Shown in pieces: positions 21,962 to 33,700 of a stretch of 47,781 bases of DNA. Source of the DNA: Reclinomonas americana ATCC 50394 (Eukaryota); assembly GCA_048213135.1 (NCBI GenBank), contig PS015038.1:201735-249515 (forward strand). The letters run 5' to 3'. Positions within the stretch are counted from its first letter, which is position 1. Each line of letters starts with the position of its first letter. Position numbers and translations under genes: made by a program. The notes under the pieces are model-generated. The model was not told the origin of the DNA and made no database searches. It saw only the letters and a program-made list of their open reading frames with translations.

Positions 21962-24900
21962 TTAGAACTTCTTGCTGTCGCACAGGTGGATCGACGAGCA
22001 GAGCTTGTCGGGATCGCCCTTGTTGATGAAGCTGTGAGGGCGACGAAAGAGTGTCAGATAACAAACCGCTGCACGACGGCGAGGACGACAATGAAGGCGC
22101 AACTACTGGATAATGTAGGCCGAGTACTCGCTCACAATGGCCTCGCAGGGAGCCGACACTGATGACGGGAACAGCTCGCAGGCCTTGTCGAGCCAGGCTG
22201 TGACACGGATAGGTGAGCATACATAGCTGGAAAGCGTGTTTCGGGGCGACAAGCGCAACTCTGGATCTCGGTCTCGGTAGCATTGGCGCTCAGCGCGTGC
22301 TCAGCCAGGCTGACGAGGTACTCGCAAGCTGCGTCGAGGGAGACGATTGAGCAAGAGAAAAAAGAAAGCCAGACTCACACACACGCAGTGACCAACCAGC
22401 GCACTCAAGGCCGCCAGCAACCTGGACCTTCGGCAGAGTCACGGGCTCCTCCACAATGCGCGAGCGGATGGACTGGTGCGAGCGGGCAACCTTGACAAAG
22501 GTGGGGGCGGCGGCCGACTGATCGTGCAGAGACACACCATGAGAAGGGGAGAAGAGGAGAACATGGAAGCTAAAAAATATAGTACCTTGCACAGCTTGAT
22601 GTGCTGGCAGAACTGAGCCGGGGTGCCGATCTTCTTCACCAGGTACTGCGCGTGCTTATATGAGTACATCTCGTCATTGTGAAACGACAAATAGATTGTG
22701 GCACATACCTGGATGAGGTAGTCGCCGTACGAGTCAATGATCTGGTCGCACACCGACGTCAGCGAGGCCGGGAGGAACTTGCAGACGTTGGCCACCAGCG
22801 TCTCACTGCAGAGCGCGTGAGTTGCTCCATTCACAGCCAAGTAGACAGCGCACCACGATCCACGCAACATCTCCTTGTCCGTTGGCTCCTGCGACAGCTC
22901 GCTCTCGATGATTGCCATGGCGTACTCGCAGCTGTGCAAAACAAAGAGATTGTCAGCATTCTCTTCACCCACTGCTGAGCAATCAGTGACAAATGACGCA
23001 ACGCAGGGCACTCCCACGAGACCTCCAGCGACTCGGTGCTGGTGGCGGGGGCCTTCTTCTGCACACACACACAGAGACAAGATAGTGGTGAGACGAGAAC
23101 AAAAAGACACGACTGCTTCTTCCCATCTGTGCTCACCGAGCACACGCCAATGTGAGTGCAGAACTGCACCGGCGTGCCCATCTTGTTCACGAGGAACTGC
23201 CACGATGCACACACCAGTCAGCATTCACGACGCAATCGGCAGGCAAAACAAACGACAACGATGCACACCTCGATCAGCTGATCGCCGTACTGGTTGAACA
23301 TGGAGACGCACAGCTGCTGGATCTCTCCGGGCAGGAACTTGCACAGGTTGTCGACGACCTTGATGCTGTGGTGAGACTCTTCTCGTCAGAGATCGCTTCT
23401 AGTAAAGCCCCTTCTCCAGCGGTGCACGACGCAACATGTCGGCCTCGGTGGCGTTGTCGCCCAGCTGGGACTCCAGAATGCCCATGGCGTACTCGCACCT
23501 GCATGCGGCACAGTGTGAGAGGGATGAAGAACACACAAAGAAACGTGATCGTGTCAAACAACGCAACAGAGCGCACTCAGTGCCGCTCGACGCGGACACG
23601 GGCTCCGGCAGCTGGCTCGGCTTCGGGCACAGCGCAATCTTGACGCACAGCTGAGGAAGAAGACAAAAGTGTCAGCCGGGCAATCAATCCAACAACCACG
23701 TCACGCGGCGTCAAGGTACCGTCTGCGGGTCCTCCTTGTTGATCAGGTAGTCTGCACAAATTACAAATATAAGCGGCGACACACAAAACGCAATAAGATA
23801 GGAGGGCCAGTCCACTCACCAATGATGACCGGGCCGTAGATCTCGATAATGGTCTGTGGCATCTCCCTCAAGTTAGTCGTCACCACCACCGATCCACGCA
23901 CAGTGAGACACACACGGCACGCAACGTCGCAGTCGGCCTTCAGCGAGCCCGGGAGCAGGCGGCACACGTTGGTGATAAAGTCGACAATCTCCTTCTCGGT
24001 GCGGTTGTTGGCGACAAAGCCCTCAGCCAGAGTCGCAATGTACTGGCACGCCTGAGAAGAAGAAGTAGAAATGGTTAGCACACAACATGCACAATCGTGC
24101 GGATAGAAGGAAATGACCCGACGTACCGTGCACTTCAGGTCCAACTGCACCGACTGGGGAGCAGTGTGGGTCTTGCTACCGCACAGCTTGATCTGCGCGC
24201 AGATCTGACACAGAAAAAACACACAACGTCAGCTCCTAATCATCACCACTAGCCGCGAATTCCTGGCGGGACTTACCGTGGCCGGAGGCTCACGGTCCAG
24301 CAGCAGCTGAATCAGCTGGGGGGTGTACGAATCGATGATGCTCTGCACCCCACCAGTGAGCCACTGCAAAATAAAAAAAACACACACGACCACACCGCTC
24401 TCACCTCGCACAGGCCCTTCATGGCCGACGGCACAATGTTGCACACGTTCTCGAGGAACTTGGCGATCTCGGCCTCGGTGGCATTGTTGCCGAGGGCGTT
24501 CTCCGCCAGACCCATCATCCACTCGCACGCAGAGCACTCAAAGCCACCAGTGCTGGGCTCCTCAGTCTCGGTCTTGCAGATGCCAATCTGCGAGCAAATC
24601 TGCGCCGTATTCACACGTGTCAACACACCATCATCGTCATTGTGGGCATCCAACAGTACATTAGTACGCACCGTGGCCGGGGGCTCGCGAGCCAGCAGCA
24701 GCTGGATCAGCTGGGGAGTGTAGCCGTCGATAATGCTCTGCCACGCAAAGTGAGCACAACAAATGCTTCACGCAAAGCATGCTTGACGAAGTACCTCGCA
24801 CAGGCCCTTCATGGCCGACGGCACAATGTTGCACACGTTCTCGAGGAACTTGGCGATCTCGGCCTCGGTGGCGTTGTTGCCGAGGGCGTTCTCCGCCAGA

Positions 24901-27694
24901 CCCATCATCCACTCGCAGACCTGCACACACACAAAAAACAGTCAACATGCCGTGCGCAACGGAGCCACGAATGACTGAATGAAGAAAAGGACGCACCGAG
25001 CACTCAAAGCCGCCGACGGTGACCTTCTCGGACTCCGCGCGCTTGCAAATGCCCAGCTGGCCGCACAGCTGCACATGCGCGAGTCAGTTTGTAAGAGCGT
25101 TAAGGGGACAGAAAGAAATCAAAGAGAAGGCACGCACCGTAGCCGGCGGCTCCTTGTTGATCAGGCGCTGGATCAGAGCGGGGCCGACCTGCGCAATGAC
25201 AGCGTCGCACACCTGCTCCAGGCTGGCCGGCAGGACCTTGCACACGTTCTCGACAAAGGTGACACTGTGTGTATGGGGTCAGTTATCACGACAATCGGAA
25301 GGTATTTCGTCTTTCGTTACGCAACATCTCCTGCTCGGTGCGCTCCGACTGAATGAACTGCTCAGCCAGGCTGCATGAAATGAAGTGAGCATGGAATCGC
25401 ACAGCCATTCGATGAATAACTCTCCCTCTCTCAATCACACACCTCACAATGTACTCGCAGGCAGCGCACTCAAAGCCGCCCAGGCGGGGGGTGGCGACCT
25501 CAGCGGCCTTGGGGCACAGCTTGATCTGGCCGCACAGCTGCAGCGAGGAGGAGAGAGAAAGAAGGGAAAAGAGTGAGCTCACGAAGCCGCCACACACACA
25601 CAGCGAGCAGTTCCACACACCGTGGCCGGATCCTCCTTGTTCAGCAAAAAGTCCACACTGCCACAATGGAAAAATAAACACCATGCTCACGCACACATAT
25701 ATATGCATGCCACCGCCACACGCAACATGACGGGCGCGTAGGCATCGATGAAGGCATCGCACTCGGTCTTCAGCTCTCCCGGCAGCAGGTCGCAGGCAGA
25801 CTCCACAAAGTGCGCAATCTCCTGCTCGGTGCGGTTCGAAGCCATGAACTGCTCAGCAATGGCCGCAATGTACTCGCACGCCTGTGTCGTGATTGTGAGG
25901 TGAGTGCGTGACAGAGAGCAGCACAGATACAACACCACAGAGTTGAACCAACGAACCGCGCACTTCATGTCGCCCAACGGCTTGATGGTGGCCTGCGGGT
26001 TCGGGCACAGGTGGATCTTGGCGCAGGCAACGTTGCCCGGCAGCTGCATAGATTGCAGTCAGAACACACACAGTGATGTCAAGAGAACATCACGCCACCA
26101 CGCACCTTCTGCTGGATGACCTGGATCAGCAGCGGCAGGTAGTGGTTGACGGTGCTCGAGCACACGCCGCTCAGCCACGACGGAGCCTTGTTGCAGACGT
26201 CGTCGAGGGCGTTCTCGATCTCGGCCTCGGTGGCGTTCTGGCCGACCACCTGCTCGACCTCGTCGACAATGTACTTGCAAATGGCGCACTCGGCCGTGTT
26301 CTCCACCGCCGGGATCACGTCGACAGTCGCACGCATGCGCAGCGTCGGCGCACCCGCCGCCGCCACCATGGTGGTCGCGGTCATCGTGGAGCTCGTGGTG
26401 CTGCTGGACTTGCACATACCAATCTCCTTGCAAATCTGCTGCGGCGACTGCTTCTGCAGCAGCAGCTGGATCTACAAAAGGCAAAGGTAGAGAGTGACGC
26501 GTGAGCAAGAAAGTAGACAAAGTCACCACAGGGAGTGTGAGAGATGTGTACCAGCTGCGGCGTGTAGTCGTCAATGAGCTCGGTGCAGACGCCCTTGAGT
26601 GCCGACGGCAAGACACTGCACACCTGTGTGTCGAAGGAAAAGATTCCGGGATCCCGTCAGTCAATAAACATGAAGTAGAAGGCGTCTCCCCGAGACACGC
26701 GCACGCACCTCGCCCAACACCTGCTCGATCTTGGCCTCGGTGTAGTTGCCGGCCAGCAGCTTCTCCACCTCAGTCATGACAAGCTCGCACAGAGAGCACT
26801 CGAGGCCACCCTGCACAATCGTCTCCTCGTGCTGCTGCACGCGAGTGTACACCGTCACCGGCTGCTCCGACACCGTGATCTCCACATGAGAGCCCTGCAC
26901 AGTCTCCGTCACAGTCACCAGCTCTGCACACACACACACCAAGAGAGGCCGTTAATGGCGCGCCATGTCGAGCACTGCTTTTTTCAGACGAGCACAAAAA
27001 GGACTCCACGCGCGCGCGCGCGTGTGTGCACAAGTGGACAGCGCACCACGCACGAGCCATGTGAGAGACGTCATCTCCGTGCGAAGAGAGATGCCGTGAC
27101 ACGAATATGCGGGGGTCGAAATGTCGTCGATCACACACTTGTGTCTCTCTCTGCGCTCTCTTCTCTCTTCTCTCTCACACACACACTCACCAGCAGGCGA
27201 GCTGTAGACGGCATCGGTGTTGACCGAGGAAGCAGCGCAACGGCGAATGGCGGTGCAGACGGTTTCGGGGGTTTCACGGGCGACGATGGCGTGCACCAGC
27301 GCGGGGGTCTCCGCATTGACGACTTGTGTGCAGAGCGCAGACAGAGTGCCCGGCAGTGCGGCGCATGCCTTGTGCAGCACAGCCTCCACCGCCTCCACGC
27401 CTGTCGTCGAGTCGACGAAATTCTCCGCTTCTGCCACCAGGAACTCACACTGTTGCGCGTGCACACACACAGAGTGAGCGACAGTGTGCGCGCGTGTGTG
27501 TGTGAGAGAGAGCAAGGTACAAGCGTCTGTGCGAGAAGTGGCACACACACGCGCCGCCATGTCTGATTCCTCTCTCTCTCGGCACTCACCAGCGCACACT
27601 CAGTGGCCTGTGTGGACGAGGGCGCTGCGCTTGCGACGCAGCTCAGTGCCAGCAGGCACGCAATGACGAGACAGCAAAGCACGCTCGCTCGCAT
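21962..27694 (-). CDS. Secreted saposin-like polyprotein (prosaposin/naegleriapore-precursor type) with 11 SapB domains
   Basis: Signal peptide MRASVLCCLVIACLLALSCVASA, then 11 units of C-x2-C..(N-x-T)ExEI..C-x2-LP..C..Y..I..L..P..C-x5-C, ending LCSSIHLCDSKKF* (TAA 21962-64). About 31 short GT-AG introns keep the frame throughout. Confidence 0.93.
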
Positions 27695-27741
27695 CGAACA
27701 ACGAATGATTGAATGATCTCATGATTAATTGATCGATTGGC

Positions 27742-30700
27742 TCATGAAAACCGCGGCTTTCCCGGCGAGGGTTGTCGCGGTGGAGTGCGCGCCATCAGTC
27801 GCTGGAAAATGTCATCGGGGTTGCCACGACGAATGCGCTGTGCGATGATCGTGTCGGCGAGGGCTTCTGGATGGATCGACGGGAGCACCCAGCTGCGTGG
27901 TCGCTCCTGCTCGGTCCACGCTGCGCTGAAGGATTGAGGTGGTGGTGCTGCAGGCAGAGGCATGGACGGAGGCGGTCCGCGAGGCGAGTAGTTGCCGCCC
28001 ATGGAGCTGGCAAAGATGGCCGACGGGACGTGGTTGTCGTCGGCGTTGGCCATTGGCGGCGGCGGCGAGACGGGCACGAAGCGACGGAGAACGTCGCGTG
28101 GATGCATCATTGGGGCCTCGTCGTGCGCGCCACCGCGAGCGGAGCGCATGAACATGGAGGGTGCGACGGCGGACTGGAAGCCGGGACGCGATGAGTCGTG
28201 CAGGATCGGCGTGTCGGCCCACGACGGAGGCAGGAGCAGTGGGCGTCGTGGGTAGATGCGGTCGCGCGACAGAATGCTGCTGTCGCCGGCGGAGGGTGGT
28301 GGTGGTGGGGCGGCGGCCGTCGACGTGGGCAGGGCCATTGGTCGGCGTGAGTACGCGCGTTGAGCGTCTTCGGCGACGGAGGGGCGAGGAGAGTTCGGAT
28401 CGCGTGGCGGCATGCCTGTGGACGACAGCATCATGGGACGGCGAGAGTAATCGCGACCGTCGGTCAGCCGATCGGGAATGGAGTCAATGGCCGACTGCAG
28501 TGCCGCAATGGGGCTGGCGGGGAGCGGAGGCGGCGGCATCGGCAGGGATGGCGGCGGCGGCGGCAGCGAGTGGTGCGCCGGTGGCGACGGATGATGCAGC
28601 GTGGTCGAGGCGGAGCCGGCGGTGTTGGAGAAGGAGGCGCCCGAGTAGGCGTCGCGCTGGCGAGCCACCGCAGTGGCTGCCATCGACGCAAAGAATTGCG
28701 CCTTGCGCTGCGCTTCTAGTGCGCCGCTCTGCTGCTGCTGCTGCGAGTGGTGTGTGCCAAAGCGCGGCGGCGACGGCGGCGACGGCGGCGACTGCAGGCG
28801 TGCTGCGGTGGCGGCCGCATTCGCCGCAATCATGGCATCCTGATCGTCCTCCTCGGCCCCCTCAAAGCCCACCATGGCTTCGGCCACTGGCACCAGCGGC
28901 ACACGAGAACGCCGATCGCGACGGGGATCAAACGGCTGCTCGTCGCTGTTGCTGCCACATGGAGAGAGAGCTCGCGGCGACGTGGCAGCCGACATGAGCG
29001 GCGACTGCAGGGCGGAGCCAGGCGCAGACTGCTGGCGTGGCGGCGTGGCATTCTGGTCGGCGTTGAAGCGACCACTCGTCGGCGACACCAGCAGTGAGTT
29101 GGCATTCAGCGGCGCCAGCGCGAGTGCAGCCGACGTCTTGCCGGCGTGATCTGAGCGACGACGCGCCAACAGATTGTCCACAGGCGTGAGACCCGCACCG
29201 CCACTGACACTTGAGCCGGCGGAGACGAGAGCAACACCAGCCGCAGGCGCGACGGCCACGGAGCGCGGCGACTGCGAGTCGTAACTGCCGTGGTCGTCCG
29301 CGGCCGCCGTGTACACCGGCTCCGGCTGCGCCATCTCTGTGTGCTGCCCGTACTCGTCGTCGTCGTCATCGTCGTCGCCCTTGGGCGTCGACATGGTCCA
29401 CGGGAGCAGACCTGTGGTCGACGAGACGGCGGCAGCAGAGGCGGCGGCAGTGGCTCGCTGGCGCGGACTGCTGGCCGCCGCAGCGGCGGCCTCTTGGCGC
29501 GCCACCAGGTGCAGAATGTTGGCGGCCTGGGTGAGCGTGCGCGCCACGTGGTCGGGGCCGGCGGCACCGGCCGCAGACATGTCGCGTCGTGCCGGTGTGG
29601 CGGCGCCAGGCGTCGTCGGCATGGAGAAGGCTTCGGCGGCGAGTGGTGTCAATGAACCAGGCGTGTGCGCCGCAGAAACGGGTGCCGTGAAGCTGCCGGA
29701 GACAGCGGCAGCCATCCGCAGCATGCGCGGAGGCGGTTGCATGTCGGGCAGCGCCGGCAACGGCGGCGGCGGCGGTGGCGGCAGTGGAGTGTCCGTGGTG
29801 GAAAGCAATGCAGGCGGCTCCGGTAACACCTGCCCACCAGCTGTCATTGCACGCAGCGACGAAGCGCTGCTGGATGGCGAGCCAGAGGGCGAGTGCAACA
29901 GCGCCCGCCGATCATTGTCCAACGACGTGTTGTTGTTCGCACTGCCGGTCGACGACCTCGTGGACGAGGCGTTGGCAGAGGGCGGACGCGTGGCGAGCGG
30001 TGAGTTGGCCGTGGGAGACCAGGCGTCGACCGGCTTGAGCTCCGGCGGCGAGAACATGAAGGGTGGCGGCGACAGGGCCTTTGGTGAACTCAGCAACTCC
30101 ATTTCGCCCTCCATCAGTGGCTGCTCCTGCTTTGCTTGTTGCCGGCGACGGCGGCGGCGACGAATGACGAACACGACAATGAGGCTGGTGACCAGCAACG
30201 CCAGCAACACCAGGCCGCCAACAAGAAGGCCAATCGCCAGCGGGGACAGACCGCTGCTCAGCGCCGATGCCACTGCGCGAGTGTAATGGGATGTGAGCAA
30301 ATCAAACAAGCAGTACAGAGGAAGGGGGGGGGGGGGGGGGGGGGGGGGGCTGGGCGCGCGCANNNNNNNNNNNNNNNNNNNNGAAGAGGTGAATAAAAAA
30401 CTTCACACGCACACGAAAGAGAAGCGATCATGACTCAAACCTGCAGCGAGCCAACGTCCGACAGCGGGAAGGAGTCGTCAAACTTCCATCGCACATTATT
30501 CGTCGCCGTGTCTCGTGTGGCGTCGTCGGTTCGCACTCGCGACAATACTACAAACACACATCCTCGGTCAGTGCAACGGTTGCCAACGAGCAAAATGTCA
30601 AAACCACTCACGAGATAACGATGCGTCCTCGCTGCATCGGCTGGTGGCATTGAAGGCGAGCAAGGTGTAGCCGTCCTCCGGCGAACCCCACACCGGCGAG

Positions 30701-33700
30701 TGCACACTTGTGCCAATGGCGGCCACGGATGGCGTGGGAAGTCGCAGTGGAGCGCCACGCTTGTCGAATGCACGCATAAACACGTGCACGGCGGTCATTG
30801 GTCGCCGATTGCAGTCCCACGACACCGACATGGTCTCCAGCGTCGACAATCGGGGCGGAGGTGCCGCCGAGGTGACCGCCACGGCGGCCGCTGCGCATGG
30901 AAGAAAAGATACAGCAGGTCAGTCTCCATCATCTCGTCCTGTGTGTTTCCCTCCGAATTCCAACTCACAAGCCACGGTGAACACCGACGAAAAGCCGTAG
31001 ATGCTCGTGTCGTTGGCCCAATCGACGCGAATCGAATATCCGGCACTCGCCGACAAGTCGACTGGCACTGTCCAGCGGTACGAGTTGCGTCGGCCGCTCT
31101 CGACGTCAGTTCCGCACAACGAGCGCACAGTCGCCAACACCACGGGTGTCACTGGCGTGGCCACCGACGGCGGGTACAGCAAGACACGCGTGATGGAGGT
31201 GCTGTTGGAGTTGCAGCGCCACGTAATCTCGGCCAAGCCACCGACATAGACCACGGCGGTAGTCTGGACTGTACCGACGGCGTTCGGGTCGTCCGTGGTG
31301 TGCGCCTCGGGCGTGTCCAGCGACCGCAGGCCAACATACGACATGAATGGAGCTGTGGGCGCGTCAGCGAGTTAGTGTTGTGTGTGCGTGTGTACGACAA
31401 AGAAAAGCCAACGGCAACGTTACCGTGCACGGTAAAATTCTGACTGCGCGCATACAGCGTGGGCCTGTCGTCGTCGATGATGCTCATCACGTAGTCGTCG
31501 CCGGGGACGAGGCGCACGGGCACAATAAACGAGAGCGCACTCGGTTCCAGCGACGCACAATTGATGGCTTCGGTGCGCGAGCGCACGACCACCTCGGTGG
31601 ACGACGGGGCGAGCACGATGCCACCGCGAGTGCGTGACAAGACGGCGCGCACCGCCGTGGTGGTCGGGTGGCGACAGCCGAATGTCACCGTGCCTGGCGA
31701 ACCGCCCACCGCGCTCAACGAGGTGCCGCCCATGTTCAGGGCGACTGGGCCCACCGCCGACTCCACCACCGTAACGGTGGCCTTGGCGTCGTCGCTGCGC
31801 ACCGACGGCACCGCCGAGTCCGACACACGAACTCGCACCGACACCGAAATCAGCGTGCGGTCGACTGACGGCACATGCCACACCACCACCGCCACATTGC
31901 CGTTGCACGCAAAGGGCGCGTTCTTGGCAATGTCGATCACAGCGTCGCTGTTGGTGACGCTTGTCGCCGCGAGACCCGTGACATCCACAAACTGAATGTC
32001 GGGATTCGGGTTGCAGAAGAAGCGGAGAGAGACATCGGCGTCGGTGAAGTAGAGGCTGCCGTCAATGGGCTGCTTCTGACCGCTGAGGAATGTGTGCTGC
32101 AGGGTGACGGCCACGGCAACTGCCGGCGCTGAGTTCACAGCGCCATTGGTGGCGTCGGCGATCTCCACTGAGAACACGTTGGACAAGGCCTGCGCATACG
32201 AGGCCAGCGGATCCCACTGCAGCGCCATCTCGTTCACCGTGGTGTTGTCGCACGTAGTGGTTATGGTGGTCGGATTCGACACATTGAAGCACTGCTTGTT
32301 GGCGCCGGTACCAGTGCACGCAGTGACCGAGGCCGCCGTTGTCACCGGAACCGAGCAGGTGAAGCGCAACGGGTACGAGTAGCCGTAGTAGACACCGCCG
32401 GCAACGGTGAGTGGGCTCGCCACAATCGCAAACGTGGGCACTGCGAGTGGTGGGGTGAGTGCCCGAAAAAGGGAGAGAAAAGTACTTGGTCGTTGTGTAC
32501 GCACTGGTGACTTCAAACGCGGGACTCGAGAGTGCCGTGGCCGGCATGGCAGCACCAGCAGACACATCGGTGACCTCAATGACAGCAGCAGCTGCGACGG
32601 CCGTCGACGGGAGCGCCGGGAGCACGACGGTAGCCATCAGCGGAGTGCGTGAGGCGCTCAAACCACACGTGATATCACCGGGAGCCGTCGTCACCGTGCC
32701 GACGTACACGCCGGGACTGAGAACGACGCGGGCGCGCACTTGCACAATCAGCACGTCGTTACAGGCAAAGGAGACCGACAGCGAGTTGTTGACACCCGGC
32801 GACACTCGCGCCGCTGGTGTCACGCCGCGGAAAGTGGCAACCACCGACGTGATCTCACTCCCTGCACAACAGCAACAATGATAGATGGTTGAGTGGCGAT
32901 TGTGCATCAAGGACACCATACAACACGCACCGTGTACATCAATCGTGCTGGTGCTCACGAATTGCCCGATGCGACTCTCGTCGGCGTCCGACACGCGGAG
33001 CACCACCGGTCCTGCTCCAATGAGGGAGGCCGGTGGCGTCCAGGCCACAGCAGTGGTGCTGACAGAACCGCGTGTCATGTTGCAAGCCACGGCACGGCTG
33101 TTGTTGATGGTGTAGAGGCTGGTCGCGGAGTCGGCCGCAGTGACCACCGCCAGCATGACCTGCCAACAAGAACGGGTGAGGACAACACAGCAGCTGCTGC
33201 AGCGCAGTGCGATATGGGACAAACCTGTGCGGTGGAGCCGCCACACGAGACGGTGAGGCTGGTGGGAAGGCCGGCCAGCAAGTGACCGCTCGGATTCGGT
33301 GCGACGGAGAGCACCGGAATGGCCACAGTCACAGCGGTCGAATCGGCGTACACAGTCGTCGCATTGGCGTCCTCCACCCGGATAATGACACTCACGGGCC
33401 ACGTGCTCTGCGCCGTCACCGGCACCGCCACCGACAGCATCGGGTTGCCGAGGGGACAGGCGATCAGCGCAGCGTTGATGACCACCGGAGTCATCAGCTC
33501 CTCAAAGTAGGTGGCACCCAGCGCACGCACTCTGCGCAATGCAACGCCAGTTGAGGACAAATGTCAACATAAAAAAAAAACAAGTGCGTCGCAGGCACAA
33601 ACCGCAGGGCAGTGACGGCCGAGTTGCTGGTGCACATGATGCGCGCCACGTAGGCGACGCCCGCAGGCACCACCGTAGCCGGTGTGGCCGACATGGAGGT

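Noticed and set aside
22103-22105. Possible TT-starting introns or stop-codon recoding as an alternative reading of the GTTGCG sites
   Set aside because: Standard GT-AG splicing before the G restores conserved residues and removes the in-frame TAG; no recoding is needed anywhere in the window.
29309-30286. Long plus-strand ORFs antisense to the giant gene (also many others in the ORF track)
   Set aside because: Shadow frames expected in GC-rich coding DNA; no motifs or splice support.
30324-30349. Long poly-G run (G-quadruplex candidate)
   Set aside because: Intronic pyrimidine tract on the coding strand, next to a gap where homopolymer length is unreliable.
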